DNA of 64,000 nucleotides from Oculina patagonica (Eukaryota): NCBI RefSeq assembly GCF_052425735.1, contig NC_135769.1, positions 20,646,001 to 20,710,000 of the forward strand, read 5' to 3'. Shown piece by piece: positions 61,509 to 64,000 of this stretch (position 1 is its first letter; each line of letters starts with the position of its first letter). The notes under the pieces were generated by a model. It saw only the letters and a program-made list of their open reading frames with translations, ran no database searches and was not told where the DNA came from. The position numbers and the translations under genes were made by a program.

Positions 61509-61747
61509 CACAATAGAATCGCTTTGAGGTGTTGATCGCGATGTTTCGACTGCAATACTGCCAGTCTTCATCAGGCGATGTGGTTGACTGTTTACGTGTC
61601 GCTAATTGTAGCGTGTTGATTCGCTGCTATTAGTGCATTTCGATCCTCAGTATTATTCTGGCTGTTAGATGTTGTTCCTTCATAGGTCCGCAGCAGAGCG
61701 TATTCCTATCTTACAACGCGATGAACAATAAACACACTTTAAATGAC
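61509..61747 (-). mobile_element. Penelope 3' fragment with hammerhead (61535-61579) and 12 bp TSD
   Basis: AAATGTTGACCC at 61497-61508 and 61748-61759; minus strand ATCGC-CTGATGA-AGACTGGCAGTATTGCAGTC-GAAA-CATC-GCGAT, related to the 37752 element. Confidence 0.8.
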
Positions 61748-62123
61748 AAATGTTGACCCATGTATAATCTGCTAAATAGTGAAATATGTATCGACCAGCG
61801 AGAAAAAGTGTGTTTGCAAATGTTGTTAAATAAAAGCAATTCATATAAAGAAAGAGAATGTATTACATAAGAGAAAAAAGAATAAATAGATCAATGAAAC
61901 AACCTTCTGTAAAGACCTAGTGTAACCTTCATGTTCCCAGCGACTCAATAAAAACACCCCCAGGAGAGACAATGATCTACCAAGGTATTTCTTTATCCCC
62001 CAAAAGTGAACGACAAAAAATCTCTAATTAAAACACCAAAACAGGTTCCCCAATGTTAGCCGAAATGATAGTGAAAGTAACATCCATTAACTTCCCAAGG
62101 AAGATCAAACTGAAAAAAAAAGA

Positions 62124-62870
62124 TTGGGTCTTTTTGGAAAACCGCCACCACGTGCATTCAGCCTAATGTTCACTCCAGGTCCAAAAGAATGGAATAAGAA
62201 TATGCTTCATGAGGCACCGTAAAAGATGATTTTGAGACCTTGCGCTCAAATACAACCACGTAGATTAAAGCTTATTTTCACTCCAGGTCCAGCAAAACCT
62301 TTCTTTTTGAGACTTGAAATGTACAGTTTGGGTCTTTTTTGAAAAATGCCATCACGTGATTTCAGGCCAATGTTCACTTCAGGTCCATACGAATCGAATA
62401 AGAATCTGCTACATGAGGCAATGAAAATGACAATTTTGGGCACTTGTGTTGAAATACCAGCAGGTAGATTAAAGGTTATTTTCACTCCAGATCCATCAAC
62501 ACCTACCAGTTTGAGACTTAAAAATGTACAGTTTGGATCTTGCGAAAAATTCCATCACATGGATTCAGGCTTATGTCCACCCCATGTCCAAAATAATCGA
62601 ATACGAAAGTGCTACATGAGGCAATGAAAAAGACGATTTTGGGCCCTAGTGTTGGAATAGAACTCATGTAGATTAATTTTTGGTCTTTTTGGAGAACCAC
62701 CACCACGTTTATTTTGCCTAATGTTCGCTCAAGGTCCAAGAGAATCGAAGTGCTACATGAAACACTAGAAATGACGATTTTGGGACCTTGTGTTGAAATA
62801 CAACCAAGAAGATTAAAGCTGATTTTCACTCTAGATCCAGCAAAAACTGCCAGTTTGAGACTTGAAATAA
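62124..62870. repeat. ~203 bp satellite array 3
   Basis: Same unit as arrays 1 and 2; GAGACTT recurs at ~62309 and ~62513. Confidence 0.88.
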
Positions 62871-64000
62871 ATGTAAAGTACATAGTCATTTTTAGCATGA
62901 TTGTTTGTCATGTTACAGAAGAGTCCGATATGTTGTCACATTTGCATAATAAAATAGGCGAAAATAGGAACGAGAAAATTTTCGGGACAATCAGCAAGAT
63001 ATCGTAATTATCTTGACCTCATAAACCCGTTTTATTTATAAACAGGTTTAAAATCTTGAAGGACTTGGATAGTGTTAGCTTACGATGCTAGTTAAAGATG
63101 TTAAAAGTGCAGGTCCCACAGTGTTATTAACTTCAGTTATCAGATAACCTTCACAGCTAGATCTTATCCGTTTTATAACTTTGTGTTAAAACTGTTTTAG
63201 GAGCTTGGAAAACGTCAAGATGTTTTACAGCTTGTACCCAAAAGAAATCATTACCTCGTTTCTGATTTTAACTATTCTGCTAAGCGAATAGGAAACGGTA
63301 TTTGTGAAAAGGACTATTGTCATAGAATGAAAGTTTTAATTAAATTTCCCCATCCAACCTAACTGTGTGTGACATTTCATCATTTCGGTTTAGAGTTGAA
63401 ACAATAAATTAACCAAAAACAGAGCAGGGATTTCAATGAAATTTTGTAAGTTTTTCAATTCTTAAACTTTTAAAGAACTTCACACAGAATGCTTCTAAGA
63501 TTTTATTTAATTCAAAACAGAGAACTTTCAGTTATTTTCATGTACAAGAAATGTTGACTTCTGATCTACCATAGAGGAAATAACTTTTGTTTTGGGTGAG
63601 TAATAATAATCTGTTTGTCAAAATATTCCATACAATGTTCATATGTGCATTACAGATACTGTTCTAGCTTTTTCTTTGGAATAATTTTTATAAGTCCAAC
63701 GTTTCTACTGATAATAGTTTAATTTAAGAGCTTTTCAGCAGAATACATCTCATTTGATAAACTTTTGTTATTCGAAATGTTGCGGCCGTTCGAGTATATT
63801 TCGTGTTTAAATTTTCGATCTTTGGGTGCAAAATAATTCATTCTAGCAAAATGTTTTTATGATTCAAAGAACACATAGAGTTCTAAACAAAAAAACAACC
63901 ATGTAGATGTTGATTGTTGAAATAGAAGGCTTGTTAACATGTTTAATTGAATAGAGACACCTTTTAGTTCGTTGAAAATTCAGAAGGGTACGATACACTG

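Overview
Eukaryotic, AT-rich, repeat-dense DNA. The repeat families suggest a cnidarian, probably a scleractinian coral (inference). From left to right: (1) the right end of a Maverick/Polinton element (1-2308); (2) a tandem cluster of 8 single-coding-exon class A (rhodopsin-type, neuropeptide-receptor-like) GPCR genes, all on the + strand; (3) two orphan copies of the last exon of an ABCC/MRP transporter inside a local tandem duplication; (4) a ~15.7 kb imperfect inverted duplication (about 17870-33595) between GPCR2 and GPCR3. Each arm of that palindrome carries a spliced 5-exon gene that the ORF track misses because the ATG lies on a separate exon. It encodes a 69-70 aa secreted precursor: signal peptide, propeptide ending in KR, then a 12-residue 4-Cys peptide, (E/D)SCSCC(G/D)L(S/T)IVC. 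A Cys-rich peptide gene pair inside a diversifying peptide-receptor-like GPCR array is the best candidate for an undescribed system, either a linked ligand-receptor module or a new toxin/defence peptide family. The function is inference only. The rest is Penelope retroelements with hammerhead ribozymes and 12-13 bp TSDs, Crypton-like hairpin elements without TSDs, nested MITEs, tRNA-derived SINEs and a ~203 bp satellite. A few stretches look like unpolished long-read consensus. Coordinates were counted by eye, so repeat boundaries may be a few bases off.
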